DNA of 64,000 nt from a virus: IMG/VR virus record IMGVR_UViG_3300007276_000038, positions 31,374-95,373 of that record; one strand, given 5' to 3'. Positions within the stretch are counted from its first letter, which is position 1. Each line of letters opens with the position of its first letter. Below the pieces are notes generated by a model, which did no database searches, was not told where the DNA came from, and was given only the letters and a program-made list of their open reading frames with translations. Made by a program: the position numbers and the translations under genes. Positions 53,747-63,998 of the stretch are shown here, one piece after another.

Positions 53747-53983
53747 TTATAGCTGTTCAGTTGTTTTACCACTTCGTTTCTTGTTGTATTCTTCTAGGAC
53801 CTTAATCGTGGTCTGTCTTTCATTATAACTCATTAGCATTGCATCTTGCCATGATATGCTTCCTTGGCTATAAACTGCTATCTCTATGAGTGATTTTTCT
53901 AGAGTTGCAGTTTCGTTACGCAAACGGTTAAGAAGTTCTAGGATCTCTTCGGGGTCTGCTGATCCTAGGAAGCTGTGAAAAAA
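53747..53983 (-). CDS. -1 frameshift extension of the tail assembly chaperone (G/GT-type; gp51-like position)
   Basis: Start-less open frame FHSFLGSADPEEILELLNRLRNETATLEKSLIEIAVYSQGSISWQDAMLMSYNERQTTIKVLEEYNKKRSGKTTEQL*, entered at A AAT TTT TTC. Confidence 0.75.
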   Translation of the reverse strand, partial: FFHSFLGSADPEEILELLNRLRNETATLEKSLIEIAVYSQGSISWQDAMLMSYNERQTTIKVLEEYNKKRSGKTTEQL

Positions 53984-54825
53984 TTTACAGGGTCAAAGCC
54001 AACCTCGTATTCAAATTGGTGACCACATTCTTCATTAGGACAACCCAACAGTAACGTTTTGTTTACACCTATATTGTTAATTTCTTGAATCTTTTGTTCT
54101 ACTGCTTTGCCTACGCTGCTTTCGCAGTTTTCCATAAACTCTCTAATGCTATTTTTGTCACTTACTACAAAGTCTTCGCCTTCAGGATCTTTGCCTTTGA
54201 TGCTAGCTACACTGTCTACTATAAGGTCAAAGTTCATGCTTGCTAAACGCATAAAATTTTGGTTGAATGCTTGTAGTTGTTCCATTTCATCTGTGATTTC
54301 GCTTAGGCTTTGTAAGCTACGAGTGCTTTGGAAGTTAGCAATGCCAGCCTGGACACTTGATTCGTATGAAAAAGGCTTAACTTCGATTGTAAGACCTGTG
54401 TCTGTTTCAAATTCATATGATTCAATTAATATCTCCATTGAACTTAAACTATCCTCAATGCTAGCTGTAGCTTCTACCGAAGTGTTGCATTTTGGGCATG
54501 GCGTTTCTACGTCTATATTATCACCGTAAGTAGCACTTTGTATAGCTATTAGCAGTGTGTCTATATCGTTACTAACCATCGATCGAGGTTGTTTTACTTG
54601 TGGTACACAGCTTTTAATAACTTGTGCGACAGCTTCACCGTTAAGCAACGCATCAGGATTTTTCATAATCATTTCATCTTTAGCAGTCATGCTAAGTATG
54701 GCTAGTTCAGTAGTCTCACTAAGATTTACTATATCATCAGTGTAAAACTTACCCTGACTAGGAAGTGACACGTATAGTTTTGCTGACCTATAAAAGTTCT
54801 GTAAGGGATTTTGTGTGTTTGTCAT
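53965..54825 (-). CDS. T4 gp26-like baseplate hub / tail assembly chaperone
   Basis: 'LPSQGKFY', 'MTAKDE', CPKC and CPNEEC motifs, C-terminal 'NFF'; AGGAG SD before ATG 54825. Confidence 0.8.
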   Translation of the reverse strand: MTNTQNPLQNFYRSAKLYVSLPSQGKFYTDDIVNLSETTELAILSMTAKDEMIMKNPDALLNGEAVAQVIKSCVPQVKQPRSMVSNDIDTLLIAIQSATYGDNIDVETPCPKCNTSVEATASIEDSLSSMEILIESYEFETDTGLTIEVKPFSYESSVQAGIANFQSTRSLQSLSEITDEMEQLQAFNQNFMRLASMNFDLIVDSVASIKGKDPEGEDFVVSDKNSIREFMENCESSVGKAVEQKIQEINNIGVNKTLLLGCPNEECGHQFEYEVGFDPVNFFTAS

Positions 54826-54854
54826 GTGTGTTAAAACTCCTGTTATTTGAAGCA

Positions 54855-54891
54855 GATAAATATAACGAGTTACTGCGTAAATGTATTTATC
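54855..54891. promoter_or_regulatory. Pair of face-to-face late promoters (GATAAATA + at 54855-54862; - at 54884-54891)
   Basis: Both lie in the 96-bp spacer between the divergent chaperone and tape measure genes. Confidence 0.7.
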
Positions 54892-54921
54892 GTAGTAAAA
54901 ACAGTATTTAATTGAGATAAT

Positions 54922-57680
54922 ATGGCTGATAAGAATAACACCTTTGTTGATGTACCAGATGATAGCACTAATCAGGTTAAGTTGCCTGAGTATGCAATGG
55001 AATCTACACAACAACAACTAATAAAGCTCACTGAAGCATTGGTTGGAAGCAACGACAAAAGCCGGGCATTATATCAAGAACTTATTAAAGAAACAAGCAA
55101 AAATGCAAAGTCTGACAAAAAGTCTGACAAAGAAGCAGACAATGATCGCAACAAACAACTAGACTTACTAAGAGACATACAAGAATCATCAGAAAAAACT
55201 GCCGAAAGCACATCAAAATTTGGTATAGGGTTAGGTGGCATAGGAACAGTAGTTGGTGTTGCAGTAGGCGCAATAGCAACACTAGCTGGCACATTGTTTG
55301 GCGCAAGCCGTCGACTGGGTGATTATAATCAAAAACTAGCTAACGCAGGTGTAGGATTTGATGACGCCGACATGACATTAAACAGCTTGACTAGCAGCTT
55401 GCAGGCAATGGGCATGAGCATAGATAGAATAGAGCCGTTGCTAACCGATTTCAGTGGAGCAGTTACAGTTGCAGGCAAGAAAACATTCTTACAGATACAA
55501 GATGATTTTGCTAAAATAACATCAAGCGGTACTAAGTTTGGCTTGACCATGGATGAAGCTAGCACTATTGTTGCTGAAGATTTGGAATTAAGACAACAAT
55601 TGGGTATACTCGACGGGATTAACAGTAACAAGGCTGCGCAACGAAGTCGTGAATTGTATCAGATGCAGCTAGAAGCTACAACGGTGTTAGGTAAAAGCAT
55701 AGATGAAATAAGACAGTCTAGTGTTAATACGCTTGCTGATAATGCACAAGTGCAGCTAAAACTGCTAGGGATTTCTAAGAGATTTACTGCTGACGTAGGT
55801 AGCAAGTTCCTAAACAGTGTTACAGCAATGACAAGCCGTTTAAGCAGCATAGGCCTTGATGATCAGCTAATTGCGCAAATGAGCAACGAAATGTTTGACG
55901 CTGTAGCCTTTATGTCGGGTGGCGGTCAAGAACTTTATGCAGCATTAACGGCAACAGGAACAAGAGAAGCACAAGCAATAGCTGATTCAATTAGGAATAT
56001 TAATAAAGCCATTGATGTAGGTGATATAGGAACAGCAGAAAAGATCATGGCTCAATTCCCAGATCAATTAATGCGAATGGCTAAAGGCATGGATCAGACA
56101 CAGCTAGCTGGCATGTCTAGATTATTAAGTGCGTTGCCTGGTTCACTGGGTCAGAACTTAGCAATAGCATTAGGACAGTTAAACACTGCTAGTGGTAGAG
56201 CAGCTAAATCAATGGATGAATTTCCAGAGATGGCCAGGCAAATTGCAGTTTTTGATCAAGCAGTTAACACACTTAAAGGACAAGTGGGCAGTGTAGTTAC
56301 TGTGTTGTCAGCAGAACTAGCAAAGCCGATGGCAGGGCTAGTACAAGCATTTGATGATGTAACTATCGCAGGAGTAAAACAAACAGGTATTTTCTCTTCA
56401 CTTAGGTCAGCAGTAGAAAGTATTAAGAAAACAATACTAGATGTTTTCGGCAACAAAGGCGACATGTCAGATTCTACACGTAACTTTGCATCTATAATTA
56501 GAACACAAGTATCGCCTGCAATTACTAATTTAGCTAACTGGGTTAACGAAAAAATAATAAACGGTTTTAGTAATTTTGATTTATCTGCTTGGTTCACTGA
56601 GACAAAAGACAAACTAGCTGTTTTTATGTCAGATGCTAGTGTGTTTGGTAAAGCAATAGGAAACTTAGGTAGATTAATTAATCGAGTATTTGGGAGATTT
56701 TTTGACAACGAGCCTGCACAAGCTTCAAAGATAAACGAATTAACACAAAAAAATACTACCTTGGGTAGTGAAAGACGTGCTGAAGCTAGAAAACTACAAT
56801 CATCAATATATAGCCCAGAAGAACGTGCAGCAATACAAGAAAATATAAACAACATTGATAAACGTTTAGTAAAAAATCAAGAGTCGTTGAAAACGCTCAA
56901 AGAAGCAGCGGACAATTCATTAAATCTTACAACCGCTGCGGTTACTACAGCAGGAACACTAGTTGCAGCAGCAGGTGCCAAAACTGCATTAGCAGTTAAA
57001 GGGTCAGCAGCTATTATTGGCGAAACAAAAAATATAGTCACTGGAACAACTAAAGTAACAACGGGAATGCTAAACGCTAGTAAAGTAATAGCAGGAACAG
57101 CAGCCACAGGAGCAAGCGCAATACTAGCTACAGGGTTAGTACTCAAAGACGTAATGGATGTAGTAACTGGATCTGATGGAGGAGCCAATGCGGAAAACGT
57201 AGGCGCATTAATAGGGACAGGTATAGGTGTTGCCATAGGAGCCACATTGGGTAGTGTTGTTCCGGTAGTCGGTACTGCATTCGGTGCTGCCGCTGGAGCA
57301 AGCCTAGGTAACATGGCCGGAGAGACAATCGGACAGTGGATAGACACTCAACCCGGTAGCAGAAAACAAGTAGATCGCAGAGGCCGCCCAATAAAGCAAC
57401 AGATTCTGTAGTAGTTGTAGCTGGAACTAACAAGTTTGTAGACCAGGAAGCAAAACCAGGTATTGTACCGCAACTTACATCATCTGGTAGAAGAACACCT
57501 ACTCCTGCTACTAGAGAAACCGCAGCACCTCAAACAGTACTTGCTGAACAGCCAGATGCACCAGGAAGCACACCTCCGGACCGGACTAACGAAAACATGC
57601 TATTACTATTAAATGAAGTAGCAGCAAATACTAAAGATACGTCCAAAAAACTAAGAGAACTTGTGGATCAGTCTAGATAA
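54922..57680 (+). CDS. Tape measure protein; frame 0 stops at 57411, probable true C-terminus in the -1 frame to TAA 57680
   Basis: Helical A/S/T/G-rich protein with glycine-zipper segments next to the chaperone; -1 frame 57360-57680 ends 'ENMLLLLNEVAANTKDTSKKLRELVDQSR'. Confidence 0.75.
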
Positions 57681-57713
57681 ATTCTAGAAGTTGTTTTCGA
57701 TAATCGAGTTTAC

Positions 57714-57721
57714 GATAAATA
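57714..57721 (+). promoter_or_regulatory. Late promoter GATAAATA
   Basis: Upstream of the portal gene. Confidence 0.7.
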
Positions 57722-57824
57722 CACATAGAAACTAAAAATAATCTGGATAATTTATGTACTGTAGTAAAGAATTAGGTTTTTATCTAGGAAGAACACTTTC
57801 TTGGAAAACAGTGAGGGTAGTAAG

Positions 57825-59531
57825 TTGAGTTGGCGTAAGCATTTTACACCTGTAGATAATAGCGGTTTACCGCTAAATGTGCAAGGTAAGAAAGCGGACG
57901 GTGGGTTCGGTGCTGAATGGTCAGCAGTGCAAAGCTGGTTACCAGAAGTATATGCAGGCTCGCCTAATAGACTTATGCGTTACATGCAGTATGATAACAT
58001 GGATACAGACTGCGAAATTAACACAGCGTTAGATACTATTGCTGAATTTGGAACACAAGAAGACGAATCAACAGGACTACCATTTGATGTGTTCTATGAA
58101 GAAGATCCCAGTGACTCAGAAACAAAAATCATTAACAAAACACTAAAGCAATGGTGTAAGTTAAACGATATGTATAAAAGAGTGTTTCGCATAGTACGCA
58201 ACACTATTAAGTATGGCGATCAATTTTTTATACGTGATCCTGAAACTTACGAAATCTTTTGGGTAGATCCAGCTAACGTAGAAAAAGTAATTGTAAACGA
58301 AAGCGAAGGCAAAAAGATTGAGACTTATTTTATTAAAGATCTAGATCCTATCTTGAGTGAGAAAGTTGCAACAGACGTATCAACCATCCACACTAGACCT
58401 TTTGGTGCAGGACAAGGCATCAACGGCATAATGAGTCCGGTGGGAACCTCACCTGGCGGAACGCACACAAATGGTGCGATGGACGGCCAAGATCAGGGCA
58501 TACCAGTAAGTGCAGAAAATGTAATACATATTAGTTTAACAGAAGGTATGGATCTTAACTGGCCATTTGGTGTAAGCATACTAGAGCCAGTATTTAAAAT
58601 ATTCAAACAGAAAGAATTACTAGAAGATAGCATTATTATCTATCGTGTACACAGAGCACCAGAGCGCCGTGTATTCATTATTGATGTAGGTAACATGCCC
58701 CCAAACAAAGCTAAGCAGCACCTTAACCAAATTAAGTACGAAGTGCAGCAAAAGCGCATACCAGGTAAAAACGCACAAGGGCAAAATATTGCAGACAGCG
58801 CATATAACCCAATGAGCATGTTAGAAGATTACTACTTTGCGCAAACAGCAGATGGTCGTGGTAGTAAAGTTGACACATTACCAGGCGGTGAGAACTTAGG
58901 ACAAATTGATGACCTTAGGTACTTCAACAATAAATTACTACGTGGCTTGCGTGTGCCTAGCAGCTACTTGCCAACAGGACCGGAAGACGGTTCAGCAGTA
59001 TATAACGATGGTAAAGTAGGTGTAGCGTATATACAAGAGTACAGATTCTCTAAGTATGTAGAACGTTTACAGCGACAAATACAAGAAGAACTAGACAGAG
59101 AATTTAAAATGTTCCTCAAGTACAGAGGAATAGAACTAGATAATAGCGCATTTAACATTGAATTTAACAAGCCAATGAACTTTAGTAGCTACCGAGATAT
59201 ACAACTAGATGGCGAAAGAGCAGCATTGTTTGGGCAAGTGCAAGGCATTCCTTATCTTGCTAATCAGTTTAAACTCAAGAAGTATCTCGGGCTTACTGAA
59301 GCAGAGATGACAGAAAACGAAGACTTGTGGCGCAAAGAAAACAAAGTAGATCAATATAAAAGCGCAGAAGCAGAAGCTGGACCAGCCGGAAGTTTAAGCA
59401 CTATTGGTATTCGAGCTAATCCAGAAGACGAAGTTGATTTGGATGCAGAGCCTGATCTTAGTGATATATCGTTAGATGTTGGAGACGAAGGAATGGACAC
59501 CAACATACCGCCACCAGAAGGAACAATTTAA
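57825..59531 (+). CDS. gp20: Portal vertex protein
   Basis: 'LLEDSIIIYRVHRAPERRVFIIDVGNMP', 'SMLEDYYF', 'TLPGGENLGQIDD'; likely TTG start 57825 (MSWRKHF) after GAGG. Confidence 0.95.
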   Translation: MSWRKHFTPVDNSGLPLNVQGKKADGGFGAEWSAVQSWLPEVYAGSPNRLMRYMQYDNMDTDCEINTALDTIAEFGTQEDESTGLPFDVFYEEDPSDSETKIINKTLKQWCKLNDMYKRVFRIVRNTIKYGDQFFIRDPETYEIFWVDPANVEKVIVNESEGKKIETYFIKDLDPILSEKVATDVSTIHTRPFGAGQGINGIMSPVGTSPGGTHTNGAMDGQDQGIPVSAENVIHISLTEGMDLNWPFGVSILEPVFKIFKQKELLEDSIIIYRVHRAPERRVFIIDVGNMPPNKAKQHLNQIKYEVQQKRIPGKNAQGQNIADSAYNPMSMLEDYYFAQTADGRGSKVDTLPGGENLGQIDDLRYFNNKLLRGLRVPSSYLPTGPEDGSAVYNDGKVGVAYIQEYRFSKYVERLQRQIQEELDREFKMFLKYRGIELDNSAFNIEFNKPMNFSSYRDIQLDGERAALFGQVQGIPYLANQFKLKKYLGLTEAEMTENEDLWRKENKVDQYKSAEAEAGPAGSLSTIGIRANPEDEVDLDAEPDLSDISLDVGDEGMDTNIPPPEGTI

Positions 59532-59740
59532 TGAGACTACGAGAATTTTACAACCCAGAAGAAGACAAACTAAACATGCGCTCTCCAGAGGATACCCGAA
59601 AGAGCAAGTTGACTCTCGAAGATCTAAATAAACTGCGCAAATACAGAGATATTAAGCAAGCAGAAGAGCTTGAGCACGATGAGTTTGTGCAAATTATGTA
59701 TGCTCAGCCAGTAGAAGGCGGCGGCGATTTAGGCCTTTAA
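59531..59740 (+). CDS. Small head-module protein
   Basis: 69 aa, TAATG-coupled to the portal; 'LTLEDLNKLRK'. Confidence 0.7.
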   Translation: MRLREFYNPEEDKLNMRSPEDTRKSKLTLEDLNKLRKYRDIKQAEELEHDEFVQIMYAQPVEGGGDLGL

Positions 59741-59802
59741 AATATACTTTTATTTAGAAAGTAGGCAAACTAAATAAAAGTAGACTAAAATTATTCAAAA
59801 TG

Positions 59803-59824
59803 ATGCTGTTTTCGCAGCATTTTC
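59803..59824 (+). terminator. Possible intrinsic terminator
   Basis: ATGCTG-TTTTCG-CAGCAT followed by TTTT. Confidence 0.45.
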
Positions 59825-59833
59825 TGTATCTCC

Positions 59834-59841
59834 TATAAGTA
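59834..59841 (+). promoter_or_regulatory. Late promoter variant TATAAGTA (also ACTAAATA at 59769)
   Basis: Near-consensus in the intergenic region before the core/protease/capsid operon. Confidence 0.45.
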
Positions 59842-59914
59842 GTACTGTGAATAGACAAATGTTTACATCTGTCTTTATACATTGTATATACAATAAAAGA
59901 ATTAGGAGGCCACA

Positions 59915-60823
59915 ATGTCAGGATCACGTAATCAACTAGAACAGATTCTTGAACTCCTTCTTGCTGAAGACGACCAAAAAGCTGAAGAACTACTACACGA
60001 ATATGTAGTATCTAAGGCACGTGAAGAATATGAAAAAGTTCTTGACGAGGGCGATGACGCGTGGGATGAAGAGGACGAAGAAGACTATGCCGAAGAAATC
60101 GAAACCGATGAAATTGGCGAAGACGACGAAGAAGAAGACGAAGTAATTGACCAGTCAAACGATTTTGTTGACGATGTTACCGATATGGGTGACGACGAAG
60201 ACGAAATGGACGATATGGACGATATGGACGATGAAGACATGGGTGATGACGAAGGTGAAGATGACGTAGAAGATCGCGTTGAAGACCTAGAATCAGAGCT
60301 TGAAGACCTACGCATGGAATTTGAAAGACTAATGTCTGGAGAAGAAGAAGGCGAAGGCGATATGGAAATAGATGATATGTCTATGGACAGCGACGACGAC
60401 TACGGCATGGACAGTGACGAAGAGGTTATGGATTCAGTTGAATACGATCTTGACGAAGCAGAAGAAGTAGACGAAGATGCCGAAGAAGAAGAACTAGACG
60501 AAGAACTAGAAGAAGCTACAAAGTTTAGCGACAACGTAGCAGAGCAGCCAATGAAAGGCGGCGCGCTTAAAGGTTCAGAAGCTGATTCAACAAAATCACC
60601 ATACACTGACGCACCAAAGCCTAGCTCAGTTGGACATGCTGGTAAGCCAGTACACAACAACGACGGCGGCGATGGCAAGAAAGACCACGGCGGTTCAGTA
60701 AAGCATGACGCTACACACCACAACATGAAGCAAAGTCCTAAGAAAGCATCTGCTCCTAAGGACGGAAAAAGCAATGTAGACGGTTCTAGCAAAGCTAGCC
60801 CATTTACTAAGCAACCAAAGTAA
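59915..60823 (+). CDS. Highly acidic prohead core protein (gp67-like)
   Basis: D/E-rich; 'VEDRVEDLESELEDLRMEFERLM'; between portal and protease; AGGAGG SD. Confidence 0.7.
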   Translation: MSGSRNQLEQILELLLAEDDQKAEELLHEYVVSKAREEYEKVLDEGDDAWDEEDEEDYAEEIETDEIGEDDEEEDEVIDQSNDFVDDVTDMGDDEDEMDDMDDMDDEDMGDDEGEDDVEDRVEDLESELEDLRMEFERLMSGEEEGEGDMEIDDMSMDSDDDYGMDSDEEVMDSVEYDLDEAEEVDEDAEEEELDEELEEATKFSDNVAEQPMKGGALKGSEADSTKSPYTDAPKPSSVGHAGKPVHNNDGGDGKKDHGGSVKHDATHHNMKQSPKKASAPKDGKSNVDGSSKASPFTKQPK

Positions 60824-60840
60824 CGGTGTGAGGAAAAACA

Positions 60841-61467
60841 ATGTCACGTAAATTATATGAATATTTAGGATCCGAGCAAGCTGGTTTAAAACTTATGGAG
60901 TCTGAGGACGGTAAAGAACTGTTTATGGCAGGACTTTTCATCCAGGGCGATGTAAAGAATCAAAATGGTCGGGTTTATCCTGAAGGTGAAATATCACGTG
61001 CCGTTGAAAGTGTAAGACAGAGATTAAGTAAAGGTGAAACTGTGATGGGCGAATTAGACCATCCAGAAGAGCTTCAGATTAATCTAGACCGTGTGAGTCA
61101 TATTATTACAGACATGCATTGTGATGGCGCAAACGGTATGGGTAAACTTAAAATCATAGAGACCCCTATGGGTAATATAGCTAAAAGCCTTTTAAAGGCT
61201 GGGGCAAAACTGGGCGTTAGTAGTCGCGGAAGCGGTAACGTTAATGAATCCGGTAAGGTTTCAGACTTCGATATTGTAACTGTTGACATTGTGGCCCAGC
61301 CCAGTGCTCCAGATGCATACCCAAAGACAATTTATGAAAGTTTATTTAACATGAAAGGTGGCGCTGTTATCTATGATACAGCGGCTGCCGTCACACACGA
61401 CAACAGTGCAGAAAAACACTTGGTTAACAGTATCACACAGTTAATCAGCGAACTTAATAAAAGGTAA
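60841..61467 (+). CDS. gp21: Prohead protease
   Basis: 'KNQNGRVYP', 'GELDHP', 'LGVSSRGSG', 'VDIVAQPSAPDAYP'. Confidence 0.95.
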   Translation: MSRKLYEYLGSEQAGLKLMESEDGKELFMAGLFIQGDVKNQNGRVYPEGEISRAVESVRQRLSKGETVMGELDHPEELQINLDRVSHIITDMHCDGANGMGKLKIIETPMGNIAKSLLKAGAKLGVSSRGSGNVNESGKVSDFDIVTVDIVAQPSAPDAYPKTIYESLFNMKGGAVIYDTAAAVTHDNSAEKHLVNSITQLISELNKR

Positions 61468-61480
61468 GTAGGAGACTACT

Positions 61481-62590
61481 ATGGCAGTTAAATTTAACGA
61501 ATTACTTGAAGGTGCTGGATTGTCTGAAGAGGCAACTGTCGCAATTCAAGAGGCCTGGGAGTCAAATCTTTCTGAAGCTAAGGAAGCAGCAAAAGCTGAA
61601 TTACGAGAGGAATTTGCTCAACGCTATGAGCATGACAAAGGACTTATCGTAGAGGCAATGGATAACTTCATTACTACTAAGCTATCTGCAGAAATTTCAG
61701 AATTAGTTGAAGATAAGAAAGCACTCGCAGAAGAAAGAGTTAAGTATCGCAAAGCTGTAACAGAACACGTAAAAGTGCTAGACCAATTTGTTACTCAAGC
61801 AGTAGCAAAAGAAGTCAAGGAACTACAAGCAGACCGTTCGAAAGTGCAGGAGCATGTAACAAAGTTAGACGATTTTGTTTCATTGCAACTTGCTGAGGAA
61901 TTGAAAGAATTCCACCAGGACAAGAAAGAGCTTGTAGAACAAAAAGTCAAAATGGTACGTGAAGGCAAGCGTCAGCTAGCTGAAGCGAAACAAGATTTTA
62001 TTAGTAAAGCATCTGATAAAGCGTCAAGCGTTATCAACCGTGTTATAGCTAATGAAGTTAAATCATTCAAAGACGACATTACAGCAGCGCGTGAAAACGA
62101 CTTTGGACGCAGAATATTCGAAACTTTCGCCACAGAGTACACAACATCGTACCTGAACGAAACTAAGGAGACTCAGGCAGTTCAGAAAAATCTTGCTAAA
62201 GTAAAGAAACAACTCGAAGAAGCCGAACAGGCTATTGCCGACCGTGACGAAGCTGTCAAGCTAACGGAAAGCAAGCTAAGAGTTGCAAAGGATCGTTATA
62301 ACCGTAAAGACAAACTTAACGAGTTACTACGCCCACTAGGCAAGGAAAAGAGAGACATCATGACCGATTTACTAGAGTCAGTTAAAACTGAGAAGCTAGA
62401 AGCTACTTTTGAAAAGTATCTTCCAAGCGTATTAGATAATAATCAGACTACAGCAAAAAGGGAATTAAAAGAATCAGTGACTAAGGAACACACTGGTAAT
62501 AAAAAGGCAACTGTGAAAACAGAGGCCAATGACAGCAGCGCGGATGTAGTCGAATTAGACTCACTGCGCAAACTAGCCGGACTTTCATAA
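61481..62590 (+). CDS. gp22: Prohead scaffolding protein
   Basis: Long coiled coil between protease and capsid genes. Confidence 0.85.
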   Translation: MAVKFNELLEGAGLSEEATVAIQEAWESNLSEAKEAAKAELREEFAQRYEHDKGLIVEAMDNFITTKLSAEISELVEDKKALAEERVKYRKAVTEHVKVLDQFVTQAVAKEVKELQADRSKVQEHVTKLDDFVSLQLAEELKEFHQDKKELVEQKVKMVREGKRQLAEAKQDFISKASDKASSVINRVIANEVKSFKDDITAARENDFGRRIFETFATEYTTSYLNETKETQAVQKNLAKVKKQLEEAEQAIADRDEAVKLTESKLRVAKDRYNRKDKLNELLRPLGKEKRDIMTDLLESVKTEKLEATFEKYLPSVLDNNQTTAKRELKESVTKEHTGNKKATVKTEANDSSADVVELDSLRKLAGLS

Positions 62591-62609
62591 TATAATAGGA
62601 GTTAAGAAA

Positions 62610-63755
62610 ATGGCAAATTTATTTGAAAGCAACTGGTCCGCAACTAAGGACGCACTTATGGAGGGCCTTAACGGTCAACGTAAGGCGACTATGGATGTGG
62701 TACTCGAAAACGCAAAGCGTCAATTGTCAGAGGCCGCAACCACCGGTGCAACCGGTGCTGGATCAGTAGCAACACTAAACAAGGTTATGTTACCTTTAAT
62801 TCGCAGGGTTATGCCTAGCGTAATTGCAAACGAACTAGTTGGCGTACAGCCAATGACTGGCCCAGTAGGGCAAATTCACACTCTACGTGTACGTTACGCA
62901 GAGACAGCAGCTGGTGTTACTGGCGGCAGTGAAGCACTAAGCCCTTTTAACCTAGCTACACAATACTCTGGTAACCCAGATGACGTAGCAGTGTCTGAAG
63001 GCACTCCAGGACGCAAGATGAGCATCCAGATCTTGAAAGAAACAGTTGAAGCTAAGACACGCCGTCTAAGCGCTCGCTGGACTTTTGAAGCTGCCCAAGA
63101 CGCAGACGCACTTCACGGTGTAGACGTTGAAGCAGAGATCATGCAAGCTCTTGCACAAGAAATCGTTGTTGAAATCGACCAAGAAATTATTGGTTCACTT
63201 CGCAACCTAGCAGGTGCTGGTACTACTCTTGACTTCGGTGCACTAGATGCAGCGTACACTCCGACTTATGTTGGTGATCGTCACGCGCTTCTTTCTATCG
63301 AGCTTAACAGAGCAGCTAACCGCATTGCAGCACGTACACGTCGTGGCGCTGGTAACTACATTGTAGTTTCTCCAGAAGCACTGACAATCCTACAATCTGC
63401 AAGCACTAGCACTTTTGCACGTACTACTGAAGGTTCTTTTGAAGCTCCAACTAACACTAAGATGGTTGGAACACTAAACGGAACAATCAAGGTATTCGTA
63501 GATAACTACGCAGCAGACGGTACTAAGGTACTAATCGGCTACAAGGGAACAAGCGAAACTGACGCACCAGCGTTTTATTGCCCATACGTTCCTCTAATGA
63601 GCACTGGCCCAGTAATGGATCCAGACACATTTGAGCCAGTTGTGTCGTTCATGACTCGATATGGGTATAAGGAACTTACCAACACGGCTAACTCACTAGG
63701 TAACGCAGGCGACTACGTCGACGCAGTTACACTAGCAAACGTAGCATTCCAGTAA
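62610..63755 (+). CDS. gp23: Major capsid protein, T4 gp23 family
   Basis: 'LIRRVMPSVIANELVGVQPMTGPVGQI', 'VEAKTRRLSARWT', 'FYCPYVPL', 'FMTRYG'; likely gp21 site LSE/A. Confidence 0.96.
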   Translation: MANLFESNWSATKDALMEGLNGQRKATMDVVLENAKRQLSEAATTGATGAGSVATLNKVMLPLIRRVMPSVIANELVGVQPMTGPVGQIHTLRVRYAETAAGVTGGSEALSPFNLATQYSGNPDDVAVSEGTPGRKMSIQILKETVEAKTRRLSARWTFEAAQDADALHGVDVEAEIMQALAQEIVVEIDQEIIGSLRNLAGAGTTLDFGALDAAYTPTYVGDRHALLSIELNRAANRIAARTRRGAGNYIVVSPEALTILQSASTSTFARTTEGSFEAPTNTKMVGTLNGTIKVFVDNYAADGTKVLIGYKGTSETDAPAFYCPYVPLMSTGPVMDPDTFEPVVSFMTRYGYKELTNTANSLGNAGDYVDAVTLANVAFQ

Positions 63756-63777
63756 GCTAAGATAGTTACTTGATATA

Positions 63778-63806
63778 AAGAGCCTCGCGCAAGCGGGGCT
63801 TTTTTA
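63778..63806. terminator. Intrinsic, likely bidirectional, terminator after the capsid gene
   Basis: AAGAGCCTCGC-GCAA-GCGGGGCTTTTTT. Confidence 0.9.
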
Positions 63807-63998
63807 TGACTTCTTTTTACGTTGAGCCATTTGTTTGGCTCGATACTCAGGATCAGCCCACTTGGCTTTAATCTTATCGCTTATGGCTTTCTTACGAGCT
63901 GCGGCTTTGTCTTCATCAGCCCATTCGGCTAACCTCATAGCGCGAGCATTATCCTTGCACTTCTGAGAACGTTCTCTGCCTGTTTGAAACTCAGCAAT
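63804..63998 (-). CDS. 3' end of a convergent gene, probably a homing endonuclease (NUMOD3-like tail)
   Basis: ...IAEFQTGRERSQKCKDNARAMRLAEWADEDKAAARKKAISDKIKAKWADPEYRAKQMAQRKKKS*; repeated W-A-D-x-E units; start outside the window. Confidence 0.55.
   Translation of the reverse strand: MAEFQTGRERSQKCKDNARAMRLAEWADEDKAAARKKAISDKIKAKWADPEYRAKQMAQRKKKS

Noticed and set aside
54826-55017. 5' extensions given by the ORF track (55017, also 48191, 51860, 57801, 14573)
   Set aside because: They overlap promoters or neighbouring genes; better starts lie downstream
60040-60520. GAY/GAR-rich repeats as a repeat element
   Set aside because: Explained by the acidic prohead core coding sequence
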